NCBI GenBank assembly: GCA_947053455.1
Contig: CAMRSV010000004.1
Span: 1 to 64,000, forward strand
Direction of reading: 5' to 3'
Source: an uncultured Alphaproteobacteria bacterium
GTDB taxonomy: Bacteria; Pseudomonadota; Alphaproteobacteria; Rs-D84
DNA: 64,000 nucleotides
Under the pieces are notes generated by a model that was not told where the DNA came from, did not search any database, and worked only from the letters and a program-made list of their open reading frames with translations. This document shows, one piece after another, positions 40,513 to 50,117 of the stretch. Numbering within the stretch: the stretch's first letter is position 1; each line of letters begins with the position of its first letter. The translations under genes were made by a program, and so were the position numbers.

Positions 40513-40568
40513 AATTGACTCCTTCTAAGGTTGTGCAATTACTGCTTACAAAGGTATCAAAGTCAAGT
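40508..40568 (-). promoter_or_regulatory. Promoter/RBS cassette, copy 2
   Basis: Matches 31741-31799. Confidence 0.7.
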
Positions 40569-40609
40569 TAAATAAAGGGGGCATAAACCCCCTGTAACAA
40601 TTTTTATAC

Positions 40610-41263
40610 TTATTTTTTACGCTTTTTGATCGGCTTGCGAATGTCATACAACAATGTGTCGTCGTATAACCAGTAAAGATACCCATTATATGCACCTTTA
40701 TGACCACGCTTGTTCATTAATTCTGTTGTCAGTGCACTTAACGAGTATTGTTTGTTTTTATATTTTACAAATGTTTTACCTTTTGCGGATTGAACAGTGC
40801 ACTTTATTTTGTCATCGTGAATGAATGTTAACTTAGAACCCGTGGGGATTTCAAAGTCTGCAAAGTCGTATACGTGCTTCTTGGCACGGTTTGCGTCCAG
40901 AATTTTCTGTTGTTCTTTGGTGTAGACCGTATTTGTATCAACGTTTACCTGCTTGCCCTTTAAAATCTGGGCGATTTGCGATAATACAGAATCCGCTTTT
41001 GGGGCCGGTACTTGGAAAAATTCTTTCTTTTTATGCTCTTTGTCTGTGTGCATATCTAATTCGCGGTAAATTGTATGCATCAGTTTTTCTACGGCTTCAT
41101 AGTTATCCATTTCGTACGCGGTATAGCATTCAAATGGGCATGGCGTACCCGTTTCGCGGCCCAGATCTTTCAATCGTTTTTCTAAATTAGTGGTTTTGCC
41201 AATTTTGATAACGTCGTCCCGATACATGGGATTTGTTAAAATATAGATAATTCCGCGTGCCAT
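40610..41263 (-). CDS. GIY-YIG (T5orf172-type) nuclease with C-terminal RAMA-like domain
   Basis: GIIYILTN, IKIGKT, E..MH, KEFF; C-terminal YSLSAL...NGYLYW. Confidence 0.75.
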   Translation of the reverse strand: MARGIIYILTNPMYRDDVIKIGKTTNLEKRLKDLGRETGTPCPFECYTAYEMDNYEAVEKLMHTIYRELDMHTDKEHKKKEFFQVPAPKADSVLSQIAQILKGKQVNVDTNTVYTKEQQKILDANRAKKHVYDFADFEIPTGSKLTFIHDDKIKCTVQSAKGKTFVKYKNKQYSLSALTTELMNKRGHKGAYNGYLYWLYDDTLLYDIRKPIKKRKK

Positions 41264-41634
41264 TTTGCCCTCTTTGTAATACAGGTATTATATCACAATG
41301 CTACAAAACGGCCAAATAGATAATAAATGGTGGGGTGCCCATTAGTATTTTAATCAGTTGATTTAAGTTATTCTTTATGCAAAACTGACGATGAATCCAA
41401 TGGGAATTGGGTTCGGGGTTTTCAAAAGCCTCATTGCTCGGTGCGAAAGCATCGTTATATCTGATGTTTCGGTGCTTTTAGCACTGTTATCATCCCTGAC
41501 TGTGGTCGGGGAGCTGTTGGTGTATATAACACGGTTCGCCGGAAGACCAACGGAGTCATCAGCAATGTGATTTTTGAACTCCCTGACCGTCAAATTCCTG
41601 TTTGGCGGTCTTGATTTATAACAGGGGGTAGGGT

Positions 41635-42165
41635 GTGTCTGATAACAAATACCGGTTGCCAATAAAACGTATCGGAAATAAAAATGCACATAAATTAGTG
41701 GTTTTGTTATGTAATCCAGGCGGTAATCCTGATTTGTATAAACGTCTGCCAGAATACGCCATGCGGTCTGATAGGGTGTATAAGGATGCCGGCATGTCGT
41801 TGGATATTGTCACACAATATAGTGAATGGTTCGATGACATGTTAAAAGTGATAATGCGACATGGTCTGCCCCTGAATGATTTATTATTTTTGGAATATTA
41901 TCCATATCACACTGTTTCATCAGATGGTTTTAATCATAAACCCGAAACTTGGGATGAATACGCGCAAAACGCACTACGAGAAAATATTGAGATTTTACGC
42001 AAATGTATGGCCGCACACATCCCTGTTTTTGGGTATTATTATGGGGATTGGTTGCGTATTGTGCCCGACTTAAAAAAGTACGAGCCAAAACGTTTGAGTT
42101 CTAAGGGGTGGAAGAAATCAAAAATTAAAGATTTGGATAAGTTTTTACAGGAAATGGCAAAGTAG
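41635..42165 (+). CDS. Putative UDG-superfamily DNA glycosylase (Brig1-like motifs)
   Basis: P...IGN, LVVLLCNPG, DLLFLEYYPYHT; GTG start after AGGGGG. Confidence 0.45.
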   Translation: MSDNKYRLPIKRIGNKNAHKLVVLLCNPGGNPDLYKRLPEYAMRSDRVYKDAGMSLDIVTQYSEWFDDMLKVIMRHGLPLNDLLFLEYYPYHTVSSDGFNHKPETWDEYAQNALRENIEILRKCMAAHIPVFGYYYGDWLRIVPDLKKYEPKRLSSKGWKKSKIKDLDKFLQEMAK

Positions 42166-42192
42166 TGTTATAATGATAACTAGGAATATTGG

Positions 42193-43590
42193 ATGCCGGC
42201 AAAAGAGAAATGGATTTTAGAAGAGGCAAAATACAAAGACATTAGCGGTGGCTTTGAATATACTGTATTACATAAAGTGGGTGATACTGAATACCTGTCT
42301 GGAACACTTCACAGCGCTTTGGTGGAATGGGAAGCCTTCAAAGATGTTGAAAGTATGGCGTATTTTGTGGCACTGTTATTATCAAATCGGGTGTTGGTTG
42401 AAGTTAATCTGTTATCAGCAGAGATTTTTCCGGAACTTGAACAATCCAAACTATTACAATTTACGCCGGGAATACTACAGACACCGACCTTTCTGTATAC
42501 TGATTTTAATGATGCAATGGCCGTGCCGGTGGTTCGTGATATAGATGCAGGCGTTGGTCCATGTTTATCTATGTTTACCGCTGCGTCAGAATTGCGTGAA
42601 ATTCCAGACTTGGATAAGCGGATATTTATGTATGTTGATTTTAGAGGCGTTTTGGATTGGCTGCGTCAACATGCATCTGAGATTAAATCTGTTGCATTTG
42701 ATTGTATGTCGAATGCGCCGTTGGTTATGCCGTTGAATGATTTGTTAGAAAGAGTGGGCAAGTATCAAGAATTTATAAAAAATTATGACGGCCCGAATGC
42801 TATCAGCGAATTGCGACAGATATCATTAGCCAAACATTGCAAAAGAAAATCTAAGAAGGATGGTATGATGACTAATATAGAAAACACTATGAAAAAGCTT
42901 ATGGACTTGGCGCAAAAAGCTTTGTGTATTCGTGATAATACCAAAGGCGCATTGGATGGAAAGTTCTTAGAATCGATTTTTCATGATAAGAAGTGGCGCA
43001 AAGTGGAATTGCAAGATAAATTGGAAATGCTGGCTAAGATATATTCAGTTTCCCGAACGGTTAAGTTAGATAAAATGGTTAAGGCTGTTGCTGATAAGAC
43101 AGATTTATTTGTTAAAGGATATGCTAAAAATGATTATGTGCCAAGCAAGGAACTTGAGTCTTTATTGATGACAACAAAATGTGGGACAATGCCAACTCGT
43201 AACAAGATTGTGTCCTGTATGTCTAAATATGGATATTATATCAGCAAGTTTAATTTTCCAATATACGACAAATATGCTCGTGAAGGATTGGCCAAATTTA
43301 TAACCAACCATCCGGAATTGAGTATAGGCAAATATGTGGGCAAATGTCCGGAGATGAAATTTTTTTCACAATATGGTGATTTGTTGCGTTTGTTACACAA
43401 ATCCGGGATAAAAGCTGAAGAGTCGACTTTAATTGATAATTTGGACGCATTTTTCTGGTTGTATGGCATCATGCAATCTATAGAGAAGTCGCAAAATACA
43501 AATACAAAATTTTGGTGGAGTGGCACATGTGGCTATATGGGGGATAGTTTAGATTGGTATAACAAAGCGAAAGAATTTATGGGTGACTGA
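42193..43590 (+). CDS. Two-domain hypothetical protein
   Basis: 465-aa ORF; SseB-like LSMFT...EL region; C-terminal SKY...FPIYD...LDAFFW. Confidence 0.6.
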   Translation: MPAKEKWILEEAKYKDISGGFEYTVLHKVGDTEYLSGTLHSALVEWEAFKDVESMAYFVALLLSNRVLVEVNLLSAEIFPELEQSKLLQFTPGILQTPTFLYTDFNDAMAVPVVRDIDAGVGPCLSMFTAASELREIPDLDKRIFMYVDFRGVLDWLRQHASEIKSVAFDCMSNAPLVMPLNDLLERVGKYQEFIKNYDGPNAISELRQISLAKHCKRKSKKDGMMTNIENTMKKLMDLAQKALCIRDNTKGALDGKFLESIFHDKKWRKVELQDKLEMLAKIYSVSRTVKLDKMVKAVADKTDLFVKGYAKNDYVPSKELESLLMTTKCGTMPTRNKIVSCMSKYGYYISKFNFPIYDKYAREGLAKFITNHPELSIGKYVGKCPEMKFFSQYGDLLRLLHKSGIKAEESTLIDNLDAFFWLYGIMQSIEKSQNTNTKFWWSGTCGYMGDSLDWYNKAKEFMGD

Positions 43591-43672
43591 TAGAACTGCT
43601 GCGTTTCTAGAAATCCCAGGTAAAGAATAATCTAAAACGCCCCAACGTGTAAGTCGTGGGGCGTTTGTCTTT

Positions 43673-45106
43673 CTATTGCTGCATCGCGTAATTTATGCAC
43701 TGGGTTAATGCGTCAACCTGGTCCTTATACCGACTGCCAGGGAAGCTGAGTAGTTCTTTCTTGAACTCGGCCCACCAGTTCTGTTCTTCCTGTGGAAATT
43801 GCAAGGTGCCGTTTTCAATATACGCACTAACGCCCATCAGACGTGATGTTTTGTCGGCGTCTGGCTTTATTGGTTCTACATCAAACCCGTATCCGTTGCA
43901 GTCCCTTTGTGCGGATAGCATTTGTATCAATTGCGTTCCGCTGGCCTTGTCCTCTATCAGAAGTTTAACTAATCCGCCGCCACCTTTTTCATATCGCCAT
44001 TTGTAGTATAATGCCATTACTTGTCTGATTAACTCTGGCATTTCCCATTTGCCGCGAACTACTTCCAACAGATAATACTTAAATGCGTTATTTTCGCGTG
44101 TCATCAGTACAACGCAACAGGCGGAGTAGGCATTTATTGCGCCTGCCTTATTCGCTGTGTCCCAGCTTAAGAATATTCGGCAATATTTAATCGGGTCTAT
44201 ATTCTCTGCTTGCTCTTTTGTATAATAATGCAACCAAGACTCTTTGACGATGCCGCCTTCTAGTGGGCATGGTTCTTGTTGATATTGCGCGGACCAGACG
44301 TATGTTCCCAGTTCTAGGCGTTTGGATTCTATTATTTCCATAGGCATACGACTGGGGTTCAATGGTCGCCCCATCGCGCGATGAAATACCTTTGACCCAA
44401 CCGTCCAAGTTTCATCAGTCATAGCGACTTCTGGTATTTTTATATGTACCCAATCGTTTGAGTTTTCCAATAGATAGCCGGTCAAATCGTTTTCGTGCAC
44501 ACGCTGCATAATCAATATGATTGTTCCGTTTTTCGGATCGTCAAGGCGGCTCAGCATAGTGTTTTGATACCACTCGTTGACTTTGTTTATGGCGGATTCG
44601 CTGCTGACATCTGATGGCTTAATCGGGTCATCGATAATAATGACATTCCCGCCACGGCCGGTCATTGTTCCGTCCACAGATGATGTGTATCGTCCGCCCC
44701 GCGCGGTTGTGTTAAAATCGCCGGGCGTGGAACGATTTTTAGAAATGATGGTGCGCGGAAATATTCGCCGATACCATTCAGATTCCATAACGATTTTGCT
44801 ATCGCGCGCAAACTTTTCCGCCAGTTCGGCGGAATAAGATGCGCTAACAATGCGTTCCTTGGGATTATGTCCCAACAGCCATGTTGAATAGGCGACATTG
44901 ACGACAATGGATTTCAGGCTGCGCGGCGGCACGTTGATAATCAGGCGCTTTATTTCACCCCGACGTGCGCGTTCCAGGGTGTCGCACAGCACCTCCAGAT
45001 GCCAGTTGGGAATGAATTTCTCATTCCCAAGTTCATAAAAGACGCGTTGGACATAACTGTAAAAATCGTTGCGTAACAGCACGTCCAGTTCTTTGCGTTC
45101 AGACAT
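43673..45106 (-). CDS. Terminase large subunit
   Basis: LIINVPPRSLKS, IIIDDP, WSAQYQQEP, SWDTA, IEDKASG, DQVDA. Confidence 0.9.
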   Translation of the reverse strand: MSERKELDVLLRNDFYSYVQRVFYELGNEKFIPNWHLEVLCDTLERARRGEIKRLIINVPPRSLKSIVVNVAYSTWLLGHNPKERIVSASYSAELAEKFARDSKIVMESEWYRRIFPRTIISKNRSTPGDFNTTARGGRYTSSVDGTMTGRGGNVIIIDDPIKPSDVSSESAINKVNEWYQNTMLSRLDDPKNGTIILIMQRVHENDLTGYLLENSNDWVHIKIPEVAMTDETWTVGSKVFHRAMGRPLNPSRMPMEIIESKRLELGTYVWSAQYQQEPCPLEGGIVKESWLHYYTKEQAENIDPIKYCRIFLSWDTANKAGAINAYSACCVVLMTRENNAFKYYLLEVVRGKWEMPELIRQVMALYYKWRYEKGGGGLVKLLIEDKASGTQLIQMLSAQRDCNGYGFDVEPIKPDADKTSRLMGVSAYIENGTLQFPQEEQNWWAEFKKELLSFPGSRYKDQVDALTQCINYAMQQ

Positions 45107-45479
45107 CGATTTCCTCCTTGGTTTGTTCGGTTGTCAGGCGAGATTTTAGGTTTTCAAGAATAGCCTGGTCATTTGTTGATAAGGCCTCTCGCATGGCGTC
45201 CAAGTGCTCTTTTTCGGCATCCATTGCCAACATGTGCGGGAATATGTTTTGAATTGCCCGCAGGTCGCCTTTTACAGCGCGGTTAACCGCCTGCAACAGG
45301 ATGGCTGTTTGTTTGTCGATTTTTAACTGGCGGCCATCTTGGGTAATCAATATTTTTTGATGCAGCAATTCGCCCAACAGAGTATATGTATTTTGGCGCC
45401 CCTTTGGTCGGCCCTTTGGGTTGCCTGACTGGCCGGGTTTGAATTGTGTGGCGGTTGGTGGTAATTTATAGCCTGTCAT
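45099..45479 (-). CDS. DUF5681-like protein (candidate small terminase)
   Basis: GYKLPP..TQFKPGQSGNPKGRPKG; overlaps the terminase start. Confidence 0.75.
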   Translation of the reverse strand: MTGYKLPPTATQFKPGQSGNPKGRPKGRQNTYTLLGELLHQKILITQDGRQLKIDKQTAILLQAVNRAVKGDLRAIQNIFPHMLAMDAEKEHLDAMREALSTNDQAILENLKSRLTTEQTKEEIDV

Positions 45480-46735
45480 TTGATTTCTCCTATCTTTTCG
45501 GCTGTGCATCCGGTTAATGTTTCAAAGCGCTTGATTGTGACGTCACAGTATTTTTCTTCGAGTTCAATTCCGCGGCATACGCGTCCGGTCAGTTCGCACG
45601 CAATCAGCGTAGAACCAGAACCAAGGAAACAATCCAGAACGATGTCGCCGCGCCGCGTGACATCCAGTATCGCATCGCGCAGCATTGCGACCGGCTTTAC
45701 GGTCGGGTGCAGTTTCAGGTCGTCTTTGCCCGCGCCGAACGCATTTGCACCGGCATAGTCCCAGACGTTCGTCCGATATCGCCCATGCGCGCCCAGTTCG
45801 ATATTATTGATGTGGGGCGCGGTGCCGGACTTATAGATAAAGCACAGTTCGTGCTTGCTGCGGTACAGACTGCCCATGCCGCCGTTGGTCTTGTTCCAGA
45901 CACAGATATTTTTGAAATCGTCATAGACGGCCGCGCCGGCGGTGGTAATTTCGCCAACGTGCTTCCAGTCCATAAACAGGTAATGCAGGGCACCGTTCAC
46001 GGAATATTCCTTGGCGTGCCGCATAAAGGTAGTCAGGAACTCTGTGAACTCGGCCGGTGTCATCTCGCCCGATGCCATGGCAAACTCATCGTGCTTGATT
46101 TTGCCCATGGATCCGATGTTCCGGACCTTTACGTTATACGGCGCATCGGTCAGAACCATTTGGGCGCGGCCGTCGCCCATAAGGGCGGCATAAGACTCGG
46201 CCATCAGCGCATCGCCACAGACGATTGTATGCCGCCCAAGTTTCCAAATGTCGCCGCGGTGGCACCGATGGTCTTCATCAGTCAACGCCGGAACAGCGTC
46301 CGCTTTCGGGTCGCTTGCCCCATCGCCGTCCAGAATCAGGTCGATTTCGGCTGTCTCAAACCCGGTGATTTCCAGATTGAAATCCAGGTCAAGGTTGCTT
46401 AACTCGCTGAATTCCAGATTCAGCAACTCGATACTCCATTTACCAAGTTCGGTCAGCTTGTTGTCTGCGATACGATACGCGCGCTTCTGGGCGTCTGTCA
46501 GATGCGACAGGATTATCGCCGGAACCTCGGTCATACCGGCATCCTGGGCCGCAGCTACGCGCCCATGCCCGGCAATGATTTCCAGATTCTCGTCCAGCAA
46601 TACCGGATTGATAAACCCGAACTCGCGGATAGATTCGCGTATCTTCGCCACCTGGGCACGGTTATGCAACTTCGGATTGTTTTTATACGCCCGAATGTCG
46701 GTTAGTTTGATGGTTTGTATAGTCAAATCTTTCAT
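45476..46735 (-). CDS. ParB-N domain fused to N6/N4 DNA methyltransferase
   Basis: SIREFGF, IAGHGR, IADNKL; TDAPYN, HPTVKP, DCFLGSGST. Confidence 0.92.
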   Translation of the reverse strand: MKDLTIQTIKLTDIRAYKNNPKLHNRAQVAKIRESIREFGFINPVLLDENLEIIAGHGRVAAAQDAGMTEVPAIILSHLTDAQKRAYRIADNKLTELGKWSIELLNLEFSELSNLDLDFNLEITGFETAEIDLILDGDGASDPKADAVPALTDEDHRCHRGDIWKLGRHTIVCGDALMAESYAALMGDGRAQMVLTDAPYNVKVRNIGSMGKIKHDEFAMASGEMTPAEFTEFLTTFMRHAKEYSVNGALHYLFMDWKHVGEITTAGAAVYDDFKNICVWNKTNGGMGSLYRSKHELCFIYKSGTAPHINNIELGAHGRYRTNVWDYAGANAFGAGKDDLKLHPTVKPVAMLRDAILDVTRRGDIVLDCFLGSGSTLIACELTGRVCRGIELEEKYCDVTIKRFETLTGCTAEKIGEIK

Positions 46736-46976
46736 AGATTTTTCTTTTTGTTGTTTGTTTATCTTCCCTATAAAATTTTTTATAGGGGCCTAACTGTTTA
46801 GGGAAAGTTAAAGTTTACTCAGGGCGCGCGCCCCAAAACTTTTAAACATTCCCCTTATTAGGCGATCTGAAAGTTTATGTTTTGAAATTCGCGTAAAAAC
46901 AATATGTTATAAAAATGTTTATCTGGTTGCGTATCGATTAAAAATCGGGTAAGGTAGAGAGAAAAGTAGAAGGAAA

Positions 46977-47258
46977 ATGATAAAGTCATTTAACTGTCGC
47001 GAGACGGAAAAGATTTTTAATGGTGAACGTTCTCGGAAATTTCCGGCTGATATTCAAAAGCGGGCATTTCAGAAGTTGGCTATGCTTGATGCGTCCGAAC
47101 ACGTGGATGATTTGCGTATCCCGCCATCAAATATGTTGGAAACGCTATCTGGTGATCGTAAAGGGCAGTGGAGTATTCGTATAAATCATAAATATAGAAT
47201 ATGTTTTGTTTGGAATGAGAACGAAGTCAATAATGTAGAGATAGTCGAATATCATTAA
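46977..47258 (+). CDS. higB: HigB (RelE/ParE-family) toxin
   Basis: MIKSF, DLRIPPSNMLE.L.GDRKGQWSIRIN..YRICF. Confidence 0.92.
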   Translation: MIKSFNCRETEKIFNGERSRKFPADIQKRAFQKLAMLDASEHVDDLRIPPSNMLETLSGDRKGQWSIRINHKYRICFVWNENEVNNVEIVEYH

Positions 47259-47315
47259 TCTCTTGACTTTGATTATTATCTGTTATATAATACATAATAG
47301 ATAAAGGGGTTGACC

Positions 47316-47645
47316 ATGACAGCGTATATAGATATTGATCATGTTGGTATCGTATTGAAAGAAGAATTTATGGAACCACTGGGGTTATCTATGAATGCGT
47401 TGGCGCGCGCTATTGACGTTCCGGCCAATTATATTCATGGTATTGTGCATGGAACGCGCGGAATCTCTGCGGCGTTGGATTTGCGCCTTACGCGTTATTT
47501 TGGTTTGTCTCAAGGTTATTTTCTGCGTATTCAGACACATTATGATATGGTCTTGGCCAAACGTGATATTTCAATGGAATCCTTGAACAAGATTGTCCCC
47601 TTAAATCGTCCAGACAATGGCGAACTTAATGTGGCGGTGATGTAG
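47316..47645 (+). CDS. higA: HigA antitoxin
   Basis: H.G.VLKEEFMEPLGLS, LRLTRYFG, Q.HYD; follows higB. Confidence 0.9.
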   Translation: MTAYIDIDHVGIVLKEEFMEPLGLSMNALARAIDVPANYIHGIVHGTRGISAALDLRLTRYFGLSQGYFLRIQTHYDMVLAKRDISMESLNKIVPLNRPDNGELNVAVM

Positions 47646-47646
47646 A

Positions 47647-48072
47647 TTACAAATTCACAATCTCAATATCTGGGAATTGGGCTGCGATGTGTTCGGCGGC
47701 GAGGCGGCGGTGGCATTGTGTGGCGGATTTTTCTGTACATAGCAAGCAGATTCGGTCAATGGTGTCCGGCGTTAGCCCTGCGGCCGGATGGCGCGCGGTC
47801 AGTAATTCCCGATACATACGTTCATAATCAGGCCAGGTAATGCGGCCGTCTTTATAGCCGGCCAAGATTTCGGTCGTTGGGGCGAATTCCGGGTGGTATT
47901 CATAACGCGTGCCCAGTGTTGTGGCCAGATTTTCGCCACTGTAAAACGACACATGGGTGCTGGTGCGCCATTGGCGTATGTCCCACATCGCACGGACGCG
48001 CACAGCGTTTAATACATCCATAAACGCGTCCGGAGTCTTGCCGCTAAAACCAATTGTGAATATCTTTGGCAT
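47647..48072 (-). CDS. DUF488 family protein
   Basis: IFTIGFS, DIR, CLLCTE....CHRRL. Confidence 0.85.
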   Translation of the reverse strand: MPKIFTIGFSGKTPDAFMDVLNAVRVRAMWDIRQWRTSTHVSFYSGENLATTLGTRYEYHPEFAPTTEILAGYKDGRITWPDYERMYRELLTARHPAAGLTPDTIDRICLLCTEKSATQCHRRLAAEHIAAQFPDIEIVNL

Positions 48073-48074
48073 TG

Positions 48075-49133
48075 TTATTTATTCAAAACATAAACTGTTC
48101 CGCGGGTGGTGCCGTGTTTGATAATAAGACCGCGTTTAACCAAAACTTGCACCGCCTTGCGGATTGTTTCTGGATTCTTGTCGATTGCGGATACGATTTG
48201 TGGCATGCTTAATCCCGATGCGTTTTCAAACAGAGCCAGAATTTCGCTTTGTGTGGCGGATAACTTGGCGATGCTGGTACTGCGAACATGTGCGATTTTA
48301 TCTTCCAGCATACGTTTCTGCGTAACCAGAGAACGCACAAAGAATGTCAACCAAGGCTCGTAATCAATACTGTCGCCCCAAATGGTCTTTTGCGTGCCAC
48401 GTAATGCGCGATAATAAGCATCTTTGGTGGCTTCTATAACAGATTCCATTGATGCGTATGGCATATATGTGTATCCGCTTTTCAGCATCAACATAATTGT
48501 TAATGCGCGCGACAGGCGACCGTTTCCATCTGTAAATGGATGGATGGACAGAAAGTGTATTACAAATATCCCGATTGTAATAATCGGGTGAAAGAACCGA
48601 TCGTCCAGCGTGTTATTCGTCCATTTGACGGTTTCTTCCATCAAGCGTGGCGTATCAAAAGGCGAGGTGGTTTCAAATATAGAGCCGATTTCATGACCGT
48701 TCGCATCAAATGCCGCAACCCGGTTACTGTCTTTTTTGTATTCACCACGGTGACGCGCATCCTTGTCAGAGTAGTTCAGTAAAATCTTATGCAATTGTTT
48801 GATATAATTCTCGCTTAACGGGATTGTTGCGTAATTTTCAAATATCGTGTTGACCAGGTCGGAATAGCCTGCAACCTCTTGCTGGTCACGGGTGGTAAAC
48901 GACTGCTGATTGATATTGGCGAACAGGGCCTCTATCTCGGCATCGGTCATACGGTTACCCTCGATGCGGTTGGATGAGCCGACAGATTCTATTGTGGCTA
49001 CCCGGCGCATAACCCGCAAATCGTCGGCAGACAGGCGCACCGCACCACCGGCCCATGCACCGTTAAAAGCATCAATTTCGGCAATATTGTTCAGTATTTC
49101 AGGTGTTATGACAATGTCACGATTATTTGGCAT
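48075..49133 (-). CDS. Fic family protein with C-terminal wHTH
   Basis: SSNRIEGN inhibitory motif, HPFTDGNGRLSR. Confidence 0.92.
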   Translation of the reverse strand: MPNNRDIVITPEILNNIAEIDAFNGAWAGGAVRLSADDLRVMRRVATIESVGSSNRIEGNRMTDAEIEALFANINQQSFTTRDQQEVAGYSDLVNTIFENYATIPLSENYIKQLHKILLNYSDKDARHRGEYKKDSNRVAAFDANGHEIGSIFETTSPFDTPRLMEETVKWTNNTLDDRFFHPIITIGIFVIHFLSIHPFTDGNGRLSRALTIMLMLKSGYTYMPYASMESVIEATKDAYYRALRGTQKTIWGDSIDYEPWLTFFVRSLVTQKRMLEDKIAHVRSTSIAKLSATQSEILALFENASGLSMPQIVSAIDKNPETIRKAVQVLVKRGLIIKHGTTRGTVYVLNK

Positions 49134-49338
49134 TTTGTGCGGCCTTTTTATGTTTGTTAATATTTTACCTAATATTACCAGATAATTCCCAGAAAGTCAA
49201 TATTTTTCCCAGAAAATTCCCAGATAATAAAAATATCATTATTTATGGGTTTGCTAATTACAAAGATGATGTTTTATGTTATTCTACGAAAAGTGACGCG
49301 CCGTGCGCGCCATTGGAATTGTTTTAGGTGGTATAAAT

Positions 49339-50079
49339 ATGGCGGTAAATTCAAATCTGGAATGGACGGACGCAACCTGGAATCCGATTGTCGGGTGCAC
49401 CAAATACAGCGACGGGTGCGCGAATTGTTATGCCGCGCCGATTGCAGAACGCCTGCATGCCCAGGGCGTACGCGGATATGAAAACGGGTTCCGTTTGACA
49501 TTGCGTCCGGAACGGCTGGAAATGCCATTGCATTGGGCAAAGCCGCGATTGGTATTTGTGGATTCTATGTGCGATTTATTCCACGCGGACGTTCCATTGG
49601 AATATATCCAGCGGGTCTTTGCCATTATGAAACGCGTGAATTGGCACGTATACACGATTTTGACCAAGCGGTCAGAGCGTTTGCGCGAACTGGCACCGCA
49701 CCTGGAATGGTTGCCGAATATTGTTATGGGTGTGACGATAGAATCAGACAAATACCGCCATCGCCTGGATGATTTAAAGGCAGTGCCGGCACAGATGAAA
49801 TACCTGTCGCTGGAACCGTTGTTGGGGCCGATAGAACGGTTGGATTTATCGGGCATAGATTGGGTGATTGTCGGCGGTGAATCCGGACCGAACGCGCGAC
49901 CTATGAATCCGGATTGGGTGCGCCAGATTCGCGACTGGACACTTGCCCAGGGTGCGGCATTCTGGTTCAAACAATACAGCGAATACGGTTGCGTCGGCAA
50001 TGTCCCCGAACCGATACTGGACGGTAAAAAATATAAACAATTTCCCGAATTTAAGCGCGGAACATTGGAATTGTTTTAA
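49339..50079 (+). CDS. Phage Gp37/Gp68 (DUF5131) family protein
   Basis: EWTDATWNP..GCTKYSDGCANCYA, ILTKR, SLEPLLG, WVIVGGESG. Confidence 0.9.
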   Translation: MAVNSNLEWTDATWNPIVGCTKYSDGCANCYAAPIAERLHAQGVRGYENGFRLTLRPERLEMPLHWAKPRLVFVDSMCDLFHADVPLEYIQRVFAIMKRVNWHVYTILTKRSERLRELAPHLEWLPNIVMGVTIESDKYRHRLDDLKAVPAQMKYLSLEPLLGPIERLDLSGIDWVIVGGESGPNARPMNPDWVRQIRDWTLAQGAAFWFKQYSEYGCVGNVPEPILDGKKYKQFPEFKRGTLELF

Positions 50080-50117
50080 TAGTGGCTTTTTATATAATTT
50101 CTATCTATAATCAGGAC

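Noticed and set aside
41375-41689. 104-aa minus ORF and an interrupted plus-strand frame
   Set aside because: No recognisable motif or RBS; possibly a decayed gene but unsupported
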